A DNA stretch of 64,000 nt from Clostridia bacterium (GTDB lineage Bacteria; Bacillota; Clostridia; Christensenellales; JBMNLC01): NCBI GenBank assembly GCA_050952525.1, contig JBMNLC010000002.1, forward strand, positions 128,831 to 192,830. Reading direction: 5' to 3'. This document shows, one piece after another, positions 8,757 to 18,106 of this stretch. The notes under the pieces are model-generated. The model made no database searches. It was not told where the DNA came from and saw only the letters and a list, made by a program, of their open reading frames with translations. How positions within the stretch are numbered: position 1 is the first letter of the stretch; every line of letters begins with the position of its first letter. Made by a program: the position numbers and the translations under genes.

Positions 8757-10148
8757 ATGGGTGCCAGGACATATATACAGATCATTGTAAAATGGCATAA
8801 GCTCATCCTTGGTATTACGTTTCTTTGCGCATTCCTTGGGATCATATATAGCTATTTTATTATGGATAAGGTCTACGTTTCTTCAACAACCCTGATTGTG
8901 GGTAAGCAATGGAACAAATCCGGTGACGGAGAAATCAAATACGATGACATCCTGTTGAGTGAAAGGTTGGTCAAGACCTATAGTGTGATTCTGAACAGTG
9001 ATCGGGTGATCAGAAAGGTAATCAATGATTTAAAACTCAACATGACCATTGAAGACTTGCGGTCTCAGATTTCTGTGGAATCGGAACAGGATACGGAAGT
9101 GCTTCGTATTACCGTCAAAGCAGACAGACCCGAGAAAGCCCAGCAGATTGCCAACAGCCTGGCTTATTTTTTTCAGGAGGAAGTGAAGGAACTGCTCCTG
9201 ATGGATAATGTCCATATTATTGATCAGGCCTCGATGCCCCAATCTCCTGTGGAACCAAGGCCAAAGCTTTATCTGTTCATTGCAGCTGTCATGGGGGTAG
9301 CCCTGGGCTTGGCAGTTGCTTTTGTTTGGGAGTATTTGGATGACTCCATTAAGGACAGCGATGATGTGGAAAGTTCCCTACAGATGGCAGTGTTAGGAAC
9401 CATCCCCGAGCTTTGTTTGAAACCGATGGAAGATGGCATCAGCCCAACACCGGTTATGGAACTATATGAAGAGGAGAAAGAAGGGTCCGTCACATCTCTA
9501 AAGCAAACCTTTTTCACGGAAGCCTACAGGATATTGAGAACCAATATCCATTTCTTCAATCTTGATAAGCCGCTACAGATCATCATGGTTACCAGTCCCA
9601 ATCCCTTGGAAGGGAAAACAACGGTGGCTGCCAATCTTGCGATAGCCTTGACCAAGCTTGATAAACGCATTCTTCTGATGGACTGCGACCTGAGGAGACC
9701 GGCAATCCATGAAGCCCTTCGTTTGAATAACGACAGGGGACTCAGCTATCATCTTGCCGATTGCATTCATTATAAGGACATCCTACATGTGACAGAAATA
9801 TCCAATCTGGAGGTGATCACCGGCGGTCCCAAAGCTCCCAATCCCTCTGAACTCCTGGCATCCAACCGCATGAAAATGCTTCTGGAAGAACTGAGGCGGG
9901 ATTTTGATATGATCATCATTGACGCGCCTCCCATCCTTCCAGTGACAGATACTGTGGTTCTTTCCAGTGTAGTAGACGGTATTTTACTGGTAGTTCGCCA
10001 TGGGAAATCCAGCCAAGATTCTCTCCGTCAGGCACGGGATATTTTGGAAAAGGTCAGCAGCCATATTCTGGGTGTAGTGATCAATCGAATACCAGTTAAG
10101 GACAATCCCGGATACCATTATTACGAAGAGGCGAATCAGGAGAATTGA
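8757..10148 (+). CDS. fused chain-length regulator (Wzz/CapA-like, 2 TM) and BY-type tyrosine kinase (CapB/YwqD-like)
   Basis: N-terminal TM + Wzz-like loop + second TM (LYLFIAAVMGVALGLAVAFVW). Then Walker A SPNPLEGKTTVAANLA, Walker A' ILLMDCDLRRP, Walker B MIIIDAPP, and a C-terminal Tyr cluster PGYHYYEE. Confidence 0.8.
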   Translation: MGARTYIQIIVKWHKLILGITFLCAFLGIIYSYFIMDKVYVSSTTLIVGKQWNKSGDGEIKYDDILLSERLVKTYSVILNSDRVIRKVINDLKLNMTIEDLRSQISVESEQDTEVLRITVKADRPEKAQQIANSLAYFFQEEVKELLLMDNVHIIDQASMPQSPVEPRPKLYLFIAAVMGVALGLAVAFVWEYLDDSIKDSDDVESSLQMAVLGTIPELCLKPMEDGISPTPVMELYEEEKEGSVTSLKQTFFTEAYRILRTNIHFFNLDKPLQIIMVTSPNPLEGKTTVAANLAIALTKLDKRILLMDCDLRRPAIHEALRLNNDRGLSYHLADCIHYKDILHVTEISNLEVITGGPKAPNPSELLASNRMKMLLEELRRDFDMIIIDAPPILPVTDTVVLSSVVDGILLVVRHGKSSQDSLRQARDILEKVSSHILGVVINRIPVKDNPGYHYYEEANQEN

Positions 10149-10233
10149 TCAGCAAGTTTCCCTTCAGACAGGCATATACTGGATCAGGAAGTTCTCCGGC
10201 AGCATATGTTTTTGTACATACGAGAGAGGGGAG

Positions 10234-10866
10234 ATGGATATGTGCCAGGCAAAAAAGGAATCTACGGCATATTACTACTGCAAAAGACTGATGGATATTG
10301 TGGGGGCTATCATCGGGATCATTCTTTTTTCTCCGCTTTTTATTCTGATTCCCATTCTGATCAAGCTGGATTCCAAGGGATCGGTTTTTTTCATTCAAAC
10401 CCGCTGTGGGAAGGAGGGAAGGCCCTTCAAGATCATTAAATTTCGCTCCATGGTCATGGATGCGGAAAAATCCCTCAATGATTTGGAACATTTGAATGAG
10501 GCTGATGGGCCTGTTTTTAAAATACGTGAGGATCCCAGGAGAACAAGATTTGGTAAGTTCCTGCGGAGAACAAGCCTGGATGAACTGCCTCAGCTTCTGA
10601 ACGTTCTCAAGGGAGATATGAGTCTTGTGGGTCCCAGGCCCCCCCTTCCCGCTGAAGTAGCCCGTTATACCCCTTATCAAAGACAACGGCTATCCGTAAA
10701 AGGGGGGCTTACCTGCTATTGGCAGATCTGCGGCAGGAGCAACCTATCCTTTGACGAGTGGGTGGAATTGGATCTGAAATATATACGTGAAAGAAATCTA
10801 TGGGTGGATATAAAAATCATTCTTAAGACCTTACCACTCATATTCACATCCCGTGGTGCATATTGA
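10234..10866 (+). CDS. undecaprenyl-phosphate sugar phosphotransferase (small Bac_transf/PglC-like priming enzyme)
   Basis: KRLMDIVGAIIGIILFSPLF, KIIKFRSM, DELPQLLNVLKGDMSLVGPRPPLP; SD GAGGGGAG before the ATG. Confidence 0.85.
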   Translation: MDMCQAKKESTAYYYCKRLMDIVGAIIGIILFSPLFILIPILIKLDSKGSVFFIQTRCGKEGRPFKIIKFRSMVMDAEKSLNDLEHLNEADGPVFKIREDPRRTRFGKFLRRTSLDELPQLLNVLKGDMSLVGPRPPLPAEVARYTPYQRQRLSVKGGLTCYWQICGRSNLSFDEWVELDLKYIRERNLWVDIKIILKTLPLIFTSRGAY

Positions 10867-10885
10867 TGAGGTGAAGAAGATAACG

Positions 10886-12835
10886 ATGATGGGGATATTG
10901 ATTAGAAAGACAATAAACAGGTTCGTTCATTTCGGAAGAGGCCTCTTTTTCTACATCAAACCTCCCCGTATAAGGGAAGGGACGTTTCAAGGATTTATCC
11001 CCCCCATGAATTTTTTCTTTCATCACAAGGATCGGGAAAGATATGTCCAAGCCCTACAGGAATTTCATTTAGCAGATGAAATTATCGCAGCAGCCAATAA
11101 AATCTGTGACCATGTCTTTGACATTCTAGGGAGCGGCGATGTATATCTGGGCTCTTCCATCAACTGGCATCAGGATTTCAAATCCGGCTATATATGGCCT
11201 CAGAGATATCGAAAATGGGTTAAGACGGTAGACCTGTCCAGAGGCGCAGATGTGAAGGTTCCCTGGGAATTGTCCAGATTTCAACATCTGGCGGTTCTGG
11301 GGCAAGCTTATTGGCTCAGTGGGGACGAAAAATATCCAAGGGAATTTACAGCCCAGACAGAGGATTGGATCCAACATAACCCGGTTGAGATAGGTGTGAA
11401 TTGGACATGCACCATGGATGTGGCCATTCGGGCCGTTAACTGGATCATAGGCTACTATTATTTCCACGGAAGTCCGGAGATTTCTGCCGGTTTTTGGGGC
11501 AAATTCGTAAGCGTTCTGTATCTGAAGGGAAGGTTCGTCCTTCGTAACTTGGAGAGAAATCCCCAAGGCCATGGAAACAATCATTATTTGGCTGATTTGG
11601 CTGGACTGGTCTGGCTGGGTTTGTTTTTTGGTACATGGGACAGGGAAACGGAAAAGTGGTTGGAGACAGGGATTCGAGGCCTTGCAGAGGAGATGGATTA
11701 TCAGGTAAATCCGGAGGGGACCGATTTTGAGGCATCCATCCCCTATCATCGTCTGGTAACGGAGATATTTCTTAGTACCACCATTCTTGCAGAGAAAAAC
11801 GGGGTTTCCTTTCCGGGATGGTACAGGGAACGGCTGGAAAGGATGTGCCGGTTTGTTTTGGATTATACCAAGCCGGATGGGATGGCTCCCTTGATCGGAG
11901 ATAATGACGATGGAAGGTTTCATATCTTCAGCCATTATGGTACGGAAGAAAAGAGGGATCACCGTCATCTGCTAGGGGTGGCGGGAGAGTATTTTGATCG
12001 GGATGATTTCCGGTCTGCAGCAGGGGCGGAAAGAATGGATGGGATGTGGATTTGGGGATCCCTGAAGGATTTTACCGAACATCCTGAGCCCGGACCCATC
12101 CTGCGTCCGTATCATCAGATGGGCTGTTATATCCTACGAGATGAAGAGATTTATGTCATGATCCGGTGTGGAGGGGTCTTCAAGAAGGGGATGGGAGGGC
12201 ATAGCCATAATGACCAGCTGAGCCTTGTACTGAACATCAGGGGCAGGGATATTCTTGTAGACCCGGGCACTTACGTATACACCGCTGATTGGAGGGAGCG
12301 AAACAGGTTCCGAGGAACAGGATATCACAATACTCTTCAAATAGCCGGTACAGAGCAAAATCTGTTGGGAACGACAAAGCTTTTTGATGTGGAGGATAGA
12401 ACAAAGGCCAAAGTTCTAAAGCTAGGGATAGGACCCGGATATGTGGACTTTTTGGGACAGCATCAGGGCTTTCGCCCCCAATGTGGGGTAATTCATACAA
12501 GAAGAATTTTCTACTGTATGGATTGTAAAAAGCTCATAATACATGACTGGCTGGATAAGAGGATTGAGAGGACCGTTACCTTCATTTTCAGTGATGACTG
12601 CAAACTCTTTTCCCTGGGACCTGACATCTTTCAGACGGAGGATGATGTATTTTTCCGTTTTATAGGAGGAGAAGTCTCTTTAAAGGAAAGCTTTCTTTCC
12701 AAAAGATATGGGAAAAAGGTGAAGACCTTCAAGGTAGAGGTATCGGGGGAAGAAGATACAGCGACGGTAATCAGCTTTCATCATCAAGGGAGCTTTTCAC
12801 CAATGGGGAAATGCCAGCATATTGATATAGTATAG
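10886..12835 (+). CDS. heparinase II/III-like (alginate-lyase-superfamily) protein, copy 1
   Basis: VPWELSRFQHLAVLGQAYWLSGDEKY, NWTCTMDVAIRAVNWI, GHGNNHYLADLAGL, GGHSHNDQLSLVL, DPGTYVYT, YHNTLQI. The ORF opens at 10853; ATG 10886 has the better SD (GAGGTGAAG). Confidence 0.7.
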   Translation: MMGILIRKTINRFVHFGRGLFFYIKPPRIREGTFQGFIPPMNFFFHHKDRERYVQALQEFHLADEIIAAANKICDHVFDILGSGDVYLGSSINWHQDFKSGYIWPQRYRKWVKTVDLSRGADVKVPWELSRFQHLAVLGQAYWLSGDEKYPREFTAQTEDWIQHNPVEIGVNWTCTMDVAIRAVNWIIGYYYFHGSPEISAGFWGKFVSVLYLKGRFVLRNLERNPQGHGNNHYLADLAGLVWLGLFFGTWDRETEKWLETGIRGLAEEMDYQVNPEGTDFEASIPYHRLVTEIFLSTTILAEKNGVSFPGWYRERLERMCRFVLDYTKPDGMAPLIGDNDDGRFHIFSHYGTEEKRDHRHLLGVAGEYFDRDDFRSAAGAERMDGMWIWGSLKDFTEHPEPGPILRPYHQMGCYILRDEEIYVMIRCGGVFKKGMGGHSHNDQLSLVLNIRGRDILVDPGTYVYTADWRERNRFRGTGYHNTLQIAGTEQNLLGTTKLFDVEDRTKAKVLKLGIGPGYVDFLGQHQGFRPQCGVIHTRRIFYCMDCKKLIIHDWLDKRIERTVTFIFSDDCKLFSLGPDIFQTEDDVFFRFIGGEVSLKESFLSKRYGKKVKTFKVEVSGEEDTATVISFHHQGSFSPMGKCQHIDIV

Positions 12836-12878
12836 GGTTACCCCTGATACCTTATCACAATGTAAAAGAGGCAGGCAT

Positions 12879-14057
12879 ATGAGAGAAAAAAAACACGGTT
12901 TGTTTTACATCATCGCCTTCGCGTGTTTTTTTACAGCGCTGTACCAAAATGAAGGTTTGATGAAATACATCGTATATCTATTCTTTATATATCTACTGTT
13001 CATCCGTTTTTTGGCCCAGAAATATCGCATGGTCCTCCAGGACAACAGGGTGTTGTTTATTCTGATGGGCCCCCCTTTTTTTGCCATTCTATACACCCTT
13101 TTGATAGGAGGCTTGTCTTCATCCGAGCGAATGATTTTCTTTTTAAAGGATGCTGTCTTCATTACCATACCGATCATTTTTGCCTTTTTCATGATCCTCC
13201 ATGCACCCAGTCGGAAGGGCTTGCTTTGGGTCTTGTTCCTGGCATTGGTAAGTGAATATGTTTTCAGGGCGCTTCCCAGTTTATCTGAACTACCTGAATA
13301 CATCGCTCAAGGGTTGTTGAACCCCTTAAACAGCGATAGCCCTTTGGAGTCGGGTTCTGCGTATACTTTTGGGCTTTTTATGCTCTATTTCATCCATAGC
13401 AAAGCCAGTCGGAAGACCATTATTTTTACCGTCTTGATGGTCTTGCTGGCCAACAAACGGATTGTGACCTTCTCCCTTCCACTCTGTTTGTTGGCCTATT
13501 ACCTGCTGTCCAGATTTTCAAATGCAACCTCTGAAAAACGACACATTCTTTTTGGGGCTGGGGCTGCTTTATCCATCATAGCCCAGCTGGCTTTCGTCTA
13601 TTTGCTGCACTCAGGCAAGTTTATCGAATGGCTTCGCATATATGGAATCAGCCATATGGGCAGGGCGGGATTGTATGTCAATATTGTCTCCGACTATAGC
13701 ATATCCGCTGACTTTATGGGGCATGGTATTGGTTTTGCATTGTATCGACTGGAGGGTATCAACCTTCATAGCGATGTTCTTAAGCTGTATATCGAGCTGG
13801 GTTTTTGGGGCTTCCTTCTATACAACCTTTTGTTCTTCCGCATTGCATTCCATGTAAACAAACAGGGTTATGGACATAGTGCTGCTTTTATTTTTACTCT
13901 CCTCATATACTCTATCTTCCTGTACTTTACAGATAATGTATCCATCTATATTAATTACCTGATTCCCTTTTATATGATGATTTTCGCAGAAATCAAGGGG
14001 ATGGGATTGGTTCATAGGATGAACCCAGAGAGGATATGCAGGGGGTTCGAGGGATAA
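12879..14057 (+). CDS. O-antigen ligase / Wzy-like polysaccharide polymerase (multi-TM)
   Basis: 392 aa, ~10-12 predicted TM helices with a larger loop (HMGRAGLYVNIVSDYS..GHGIGFALYRLEGINLHSDVLKLYIELG), typical of Wzy_C-type proteins, in a polysaccharide locus. Confidence 0.55.
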   Translation: MREKKHGLFYIIAFACFFTALYQNEGLMKYIVYLFFIYLLFIRFLAQKYRMVLQDNRVLFILMGPPFFAILYTLLIGGLSSSERMIFFLKDAVFITIPIIFAFFMILHAPSRKGLLWVLFLALVSEYVFRALPSLSELPEYIAQGLLNPLNSDSPLESGSAYTFGLFMLYFIHSKASRKTIIFTVLMVLLANKRIVTFSLPLCLLAYYLLSRFSNATSEKRHILFGAGAALSIIAQLAFVYLLHSGKFIEWLRIYGISHMGRAGLYVNIVSDYSISADFMGHGIGFALYRLEGINLHSDVLKLYIELGFWGFLLYNLLFFRIAFHVNKQGYGHSAAFIFTLLIYSIFLYFTDNVSIYINYLIPFYMMIFAEIKGMGLVHRMNPERICRGFEG

Positions 14058-14114
14058 TGCAATCAAACGAAGTGATCGAATGATTGAGGTGTTTTGGACA
14101 GGAGATGAAATGCT

Positions 14115-15407
14115 GTGGAGAAAAAAATGCTGCTGATTTCGTCTTTTTTTTGGCAGGAGGATAAGCTGGCAGCCATTCGGATAAGGGCCAATATAAAATA
14201 TCTTCAAGAATTGGGATGGCAAATCGTCGTAATTACCAAGAAATGGGACAATGATTGTAGGGATATCAGCGTAGTCGGGGAAACGAAGGTGTACTCCATA
14301 GAAGACCCCTTCACCGAGCTTGTTTTTCGGAGGCAGGGAAGCAGAAGTCGGACATCGCAGGGAAAGCTAAAACCCTTGCTTTATTACCGGATTCGAAACC
14401 ATGCCAAAAAATTAGCCAGGCAAACACTTCGGCTGGTCAGCATTTTTCGTTGGACTGGAAAGGCCGTCTCCATTGGCCGAGAAATGGTGAGGGAGGAAGG
14501 TATAAGGTATCTTTTCTGCAGTGTACCGGATATTGAGACATTAATGGCGGGAGCAAGGATTAAGAGGGAACATTCCCATATAAAGCTGATTGAGGAAATA
14601 AGGGATCCCCTCTCCATGAATTCCTTGTGGGTTCCTGAACAATCCTTTTTTGTCAACTATCTGATGGCCAGGTGGGAAAAGGAGTATATCAAGGATGTGG
14701 ATCGATTTGTATATTTGACAGAAAACATCCGTAGCATATACACCAGTACCTATGGCCATATAAATCCCCATGTTTTTACCGGGGTGGTGATTACCAACGG
14801 TTATGATCCTCATGACTATGAACACATCAGGTCGAATCCAATAAAGGATAAATGTGTGTTTTCCCATACAGGCTCATTGTATGGGGAAAGGAATCCATTC
14901 ATTTTTTTGGAGGCATTAAAAAAACATTTGGCTAAGAATCCATCCCATTTTGAAAAGGTGTTATGTTACTTCGTTGGAAACGTGGAAGATGAGTTGGAGA
15001 AAAAGCTGATGTTGTTTGCTGCGCATCAACAAATGGATTCCGTTATCCATCTGCAGGGGATCGTTCCCCACCAGAAGGCTGTGGAATATGGAATGAATGC
15101 CACCGTAAATCTTCTCATTACCCATCGAAGGGGGAGTGAATATGCCATTCCCGGTAAACTGTTTGAATATATCGGTGCTCGAAGACCCATCTTGGCCATA
15201 TCCGATGATCCATTGGTGGTAAAGCTCATCATGGATCATGGATTGGGTTGGGTGTGCTCCCATACCAACATCGACGCTTTGGAAAAGACCATCGCAGCTA
15301 TCCTGAGTGCATATGAAAAGGGTGAACTGCATGGTATCCATAAGGAAACGGAAGCCTTCAACAGGAAAAAACTGATGGAGCGACTGGATCAATATGTGCT
15401 GAAATAG
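14115..15407 (+). CDS. glycosyltransferase (GT-B, GT4-like)
   Basis: C-terminal half has VFSHTGSLYGERNP and IPGKLFEYIGARRPILAISD (nucleotide-sugar binding region of GT-B enzymes). Confidence 0.6.
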   Translation: MEKKMLLISSFFWQEDKLAAIRIRANIKYLQELGWQIVVITKKWDNDCRDISVVGETKVYSIEDPFTELVFRRQGSRSRTSQGKLKPLLYYRIRNHAKKLARQTLRLVSIFRWTGKAVSIGREMVREEGIRYLFCSVPDIETLMAGARIKREHSHIKLIEEIRDPLSMNSLWVPEQSFFVNYLMARWEKEYIKDVDRFVYLTENIRSIYTSTYGHINPHVFTGVVITNGYDPHDYEHIRSNPIKDKCVFSHTGSLYGERNPFIFLEALKKHLAKNPSHFEKVLCYFVGNVEDELEKKLMLFAAHQQMDSVIHLQGIVPHQKAVEYGMNATVNLLITHRRGSEYAIPGKLFEYIGARRPILAISDDPLVVKLIMDHGLGWVCSHTNIDALEKTIAAILSAYEKGELHGIHKETEAFNRKKLMERLDQYVLK

Positions 15408-15525
15408 ATATCCCATAGGCCGCAGAGTTGTATATTCCAACTTGTATACATATTAAGTGCCAGCAAGTGTACTAGATTTTATATAAGCGGAATATGATTA
15501 CAGTATAAATATATATAAATAAAAC

Positions 15526-16965
15526 ATGAGGGTAGGGTTTGGATTGAGGAACTTGCCGAATGCCGTCAAAATACCGCTGAACTATGCTGCTTCACTTATT
15601 CCAAAGGAACTGTATTCCAGCAGGGAATTCAGAAGATATAGAGCTTTATTAGAGGAGACTCAGCATTGGAATATCGATAAAATCCTGGACTTTCAAAACA
15701 GGGAGTTTCTATCTCTCGTGCATCATTGCTATCGAAATGTACCCTATTACCAAGAACTGTTTGATCGACATGGTATTGATATAAAAGAGATCAAGGATCT
15801 AAGAGATATCAAGAAGATCCCTTTTTTGGATAAGGCAACGGTCAAAGCCAATAAGGACAAACTCTTGGCTTCCAATGTAAAAAAGAGAAATTTCATCCCT
15901 ATGTATACAGGCGGCACCACACATGCTCCTCTTGATTTTTATGTCACATCCATCACATTGGAAAGGGAGAGGGCCTTTTTTGATCGGATGTGGAAATGGC
16001 ATGGATACCATGGACAAAAATGCATGGTTCTAAGGGGTGATTATGATCTAAAGGAGCGGCTGTGGGTTTACAATCCACGGAGCAAGCTAATTACGGTCAA
16101 TACCAGGGGTTTGGATGATAAGAAGCTGGCAGAAATTGTGGGGATCATGAACAAATTCAAGCCAGCCTTTATCCGGGCTTATCCATCCATTGCCTATCTG
16201 CTGGCGAAATACGTGAATCAAAACGGTTTGTCGGGGAAAGGGCAGAAATTGAAGACGGTCTTCTGCGCATCGGAAATTCTCTTTGATTATCAAAAGGAGG
16301 AGATCGAGAAGGCATTTTCCTGCAAGGTGGTGGACCATTACGGACACTCTGAGATGGCAGTATTGATGCAAAAATGTGAATACAATGAATTCTATCATAT
16401 GATACCCGAATATGGGATCACGGAAATTGTGGATGGGGATGGGAGGGAAGTGACAGAGGAGAATTCCATCGGTGAAATCGTGGGGACGGGTTTTAACAAC
16501 TATGCCTTTCCCTTGCTGCGCTATAGGACCGGGGATTTGGCAACTGTAGCTGACAGCTCTTACGTCTGCCCCTGTGGTAGGCCTTATAGGAGCGTAAAAA
16601 GGATTGATGGCCGTTGGGGGGATTTCATACGCACGAAAAAAGGAAAATACTATTCTCCCACGGTCCTGGAGTTTGCCGTAGATGATATCAGGCATTTTAA
16701 GGATATCCAGTTGGTCCAAAAGGACTTGATGAATGTGGATCTTTTCATCGTAAGGGACAGGGACTTTCGTTTGGAGGATGCCCTCCAGCTCCAAAAGGGA
16801 TTGGAGGAGAGGCTGGACTATGATCTGAAAGTACACATCCGCATAGTAGATCAAATTCACAGGCCGGAAAATCAAAAACACCGGTTTGTCATTTCCGACA
16901 TTGCGGCCAACGGTGAGGTGAGAGAGAAGCTTGAAGTTGGAACGATTTCTGGAAGACGCCCGTGA
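15526..16965 (+). CDS. phenylacetate-CoA-ligase-like adenylate-forming enzyme (PaaK/F390-synthetase family, the class often annotated CapK-like)
   Basis: N-terminal NVPYYQELFDRHGIDIKEIKDLRDIKKIPFLDKATV, degenerate AMP motif YTGGTTHAPL, later YRTGDLA and KRIDGRWGDFI, all in PaaK-family order. Confidence 0.65.
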   Translation: MRVGFGLRNLPNAVKIPLNYAASLIPKELYSSREFRRYRALLEETQHWNIDKILDFQNREFLSLVHHCYRNVPYYQELFDRHGIDIKEIKDLRDIKKIPFLDKATVKANKDKLLASNVKKRNFIPMYTGGTTHAPLDFYVTSITLERERAFFDRMWKWHGYHGQKCMVLRGDYDLKERLWVYNPRSKLITVNTRGLDDKKLAEIVGIMNKFKPAFIRAYPSIAYLLAKYVNQNGLSGKGQKLKTVFCASEILFDYQKEEIEKAFSCKVVDHYGHSEMAVLMQKCEYNEFYHMIPEYGITEIVDGDGREVTEENSIGEIVGTGFNNYAFPLLRYRTGDLATVADSSYVCPCGRPYRSVKRIDGRWGDFIRTKKGKYYSPTVLEFAVDDIRHFKDIQLVQKDLMNVDLFIVRDRDFRLEDALQLQKGLEERLDYDLKVHIRIVDQIHRPENQKHRFVISDIAANGEVREKLEVGTISGRRP

Positions 16966-18088
16966 AAGCTATATGGGATTGAAGCTAAGGGAGATCAAGC
17001 ATCGCTTTGTTTACAAAAAATATTCAAAAAGGATGGCTCAAGGGCTGGAAAGGTACATGGCGTCGAAGGTGAAGAAACCCCATGTCCAGATAAGAAGGGA
17101 GATCCGCCTGTGCAAAGCCGTTTGGGGATGCTATCCCCTTCACTATTATCGATATGATCTGTATCAGAAGAATAAGGAGATGGGGGACGGGGAACTGACG
17201 GATTATATACCGGAGTTTTTCTTCTACCATTTGTTTCTTCCCTTTCATGATTCGGGGGAATACGACATTGTTTTGAATGATAAGAACCTAATGGAACTGG
17301 TATTCAGGAGCCTTCATATCCCGCAGCCGGAGACTGTTTTTAAGCTGATCCGCAATCGGCTTTTCACCAAGGAATTAAAAGAAATAGCCCATGACGCAAT
17401 GGAAGGCATGCTAAAGAATTGCAAATACAGAAAAATCTTTCTTAAGCCGGTTGACGGGGACGGTGGTCATGGCATTTTCATCTTCCATCGAAACGATATG
17501 GGCGAATATATCCTGAATAATGGTACCGTGTTGGATACATGTTTTCTACAGCGGATTGGATCTGAGAAGGATTACATTGCTCAGGCAGGAGTAGAACAGA
17601 CAAGGGAGTTAATGGAAATATATCCCTGTTCTGTCAATACCTTTCGGTTGGTAACGGAGAACAAGGACGGGATGGTCCGATCCCTGTGTGCTATTTTAAG
17701 GATGGGACGGGATGGCCGTGAGGTGGATAACGCAAGCCAGGATGGATTATTCATCAGGATCGATATGGATACAGGTGAACTGGGAGATTGGGCCTATAAC
17801 GAAATCATGGAATGTTTCAGCCATCATCCCGATACGAATATTCCCTTCCAAGGCAGGTGCATACCCAGATGGAGTGATATAAAAGCCTTTGTCGAAACCT
17901 GTGCAGGAAAGCTGTCCCAATTCACATACCTTGGATGGGATATTGCTTTGGAAGAGGAAGGTCCGTTGGCCTTGGAGGTCAACCGCAGCTTTGGGTTGGA
18001 TTTGCTGCAGATCGCTTTGGGTGGTTTGAGGGAAGTCTTTGGAATAGAAGATCCTGCCTTTTATTGGAGAAACAGGGGAGAACGATAG
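16931..18088 (+). CDS. sugar-transfer-associated ATP-grasp enzyme (ATPgrasp_ST-like)
   Basis: KIFLKPVDGDGGHGIFIF, SVNTFRLVT, RMGRDGREVDNASQDGLFIRID, LGWDIALEEEGPLALEVN. Start TTG 16931 (SD GAGGTGAGAG) overlaps the upstream gene. Confidence 0.6.
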   Translation: MKLERFLEDARESYMGLKLREIKHRFVYKKYSKRMAQGLERYMASKVKKPHVQIRREIRLCKAVWGCYPLHYYRYDLYQKNKEMGDGELTDYIPEFFFYHLFLPFHDSGEYDIVLNDKNLMELVFRSLHIPQPETVFKLIRNRLFTKELKEIAHDAMEGMLKNCKYRKIFLKPVDGDGGHGIFIFHRNDMGEYILNNGTVLDTCFLQRIGSEKDYIAQAGVEQTRELMEIYPCSVNTFRLVTENKDGMVRSLCAILRMGRDGREVDNASQDGLFIRIDMDTGELGDWAYNEIMECFSHHPDTNIPFQGRCIPRWSDIKAFVETCAGKLSQFTYLGWDIALEEEGPLALEVNRSFGLDLLQIALGGLREVFGIEDPAFYWRNRGER

Positions 18089-18106
18089 AGATAAGGGGAT
18101 TGTAGG

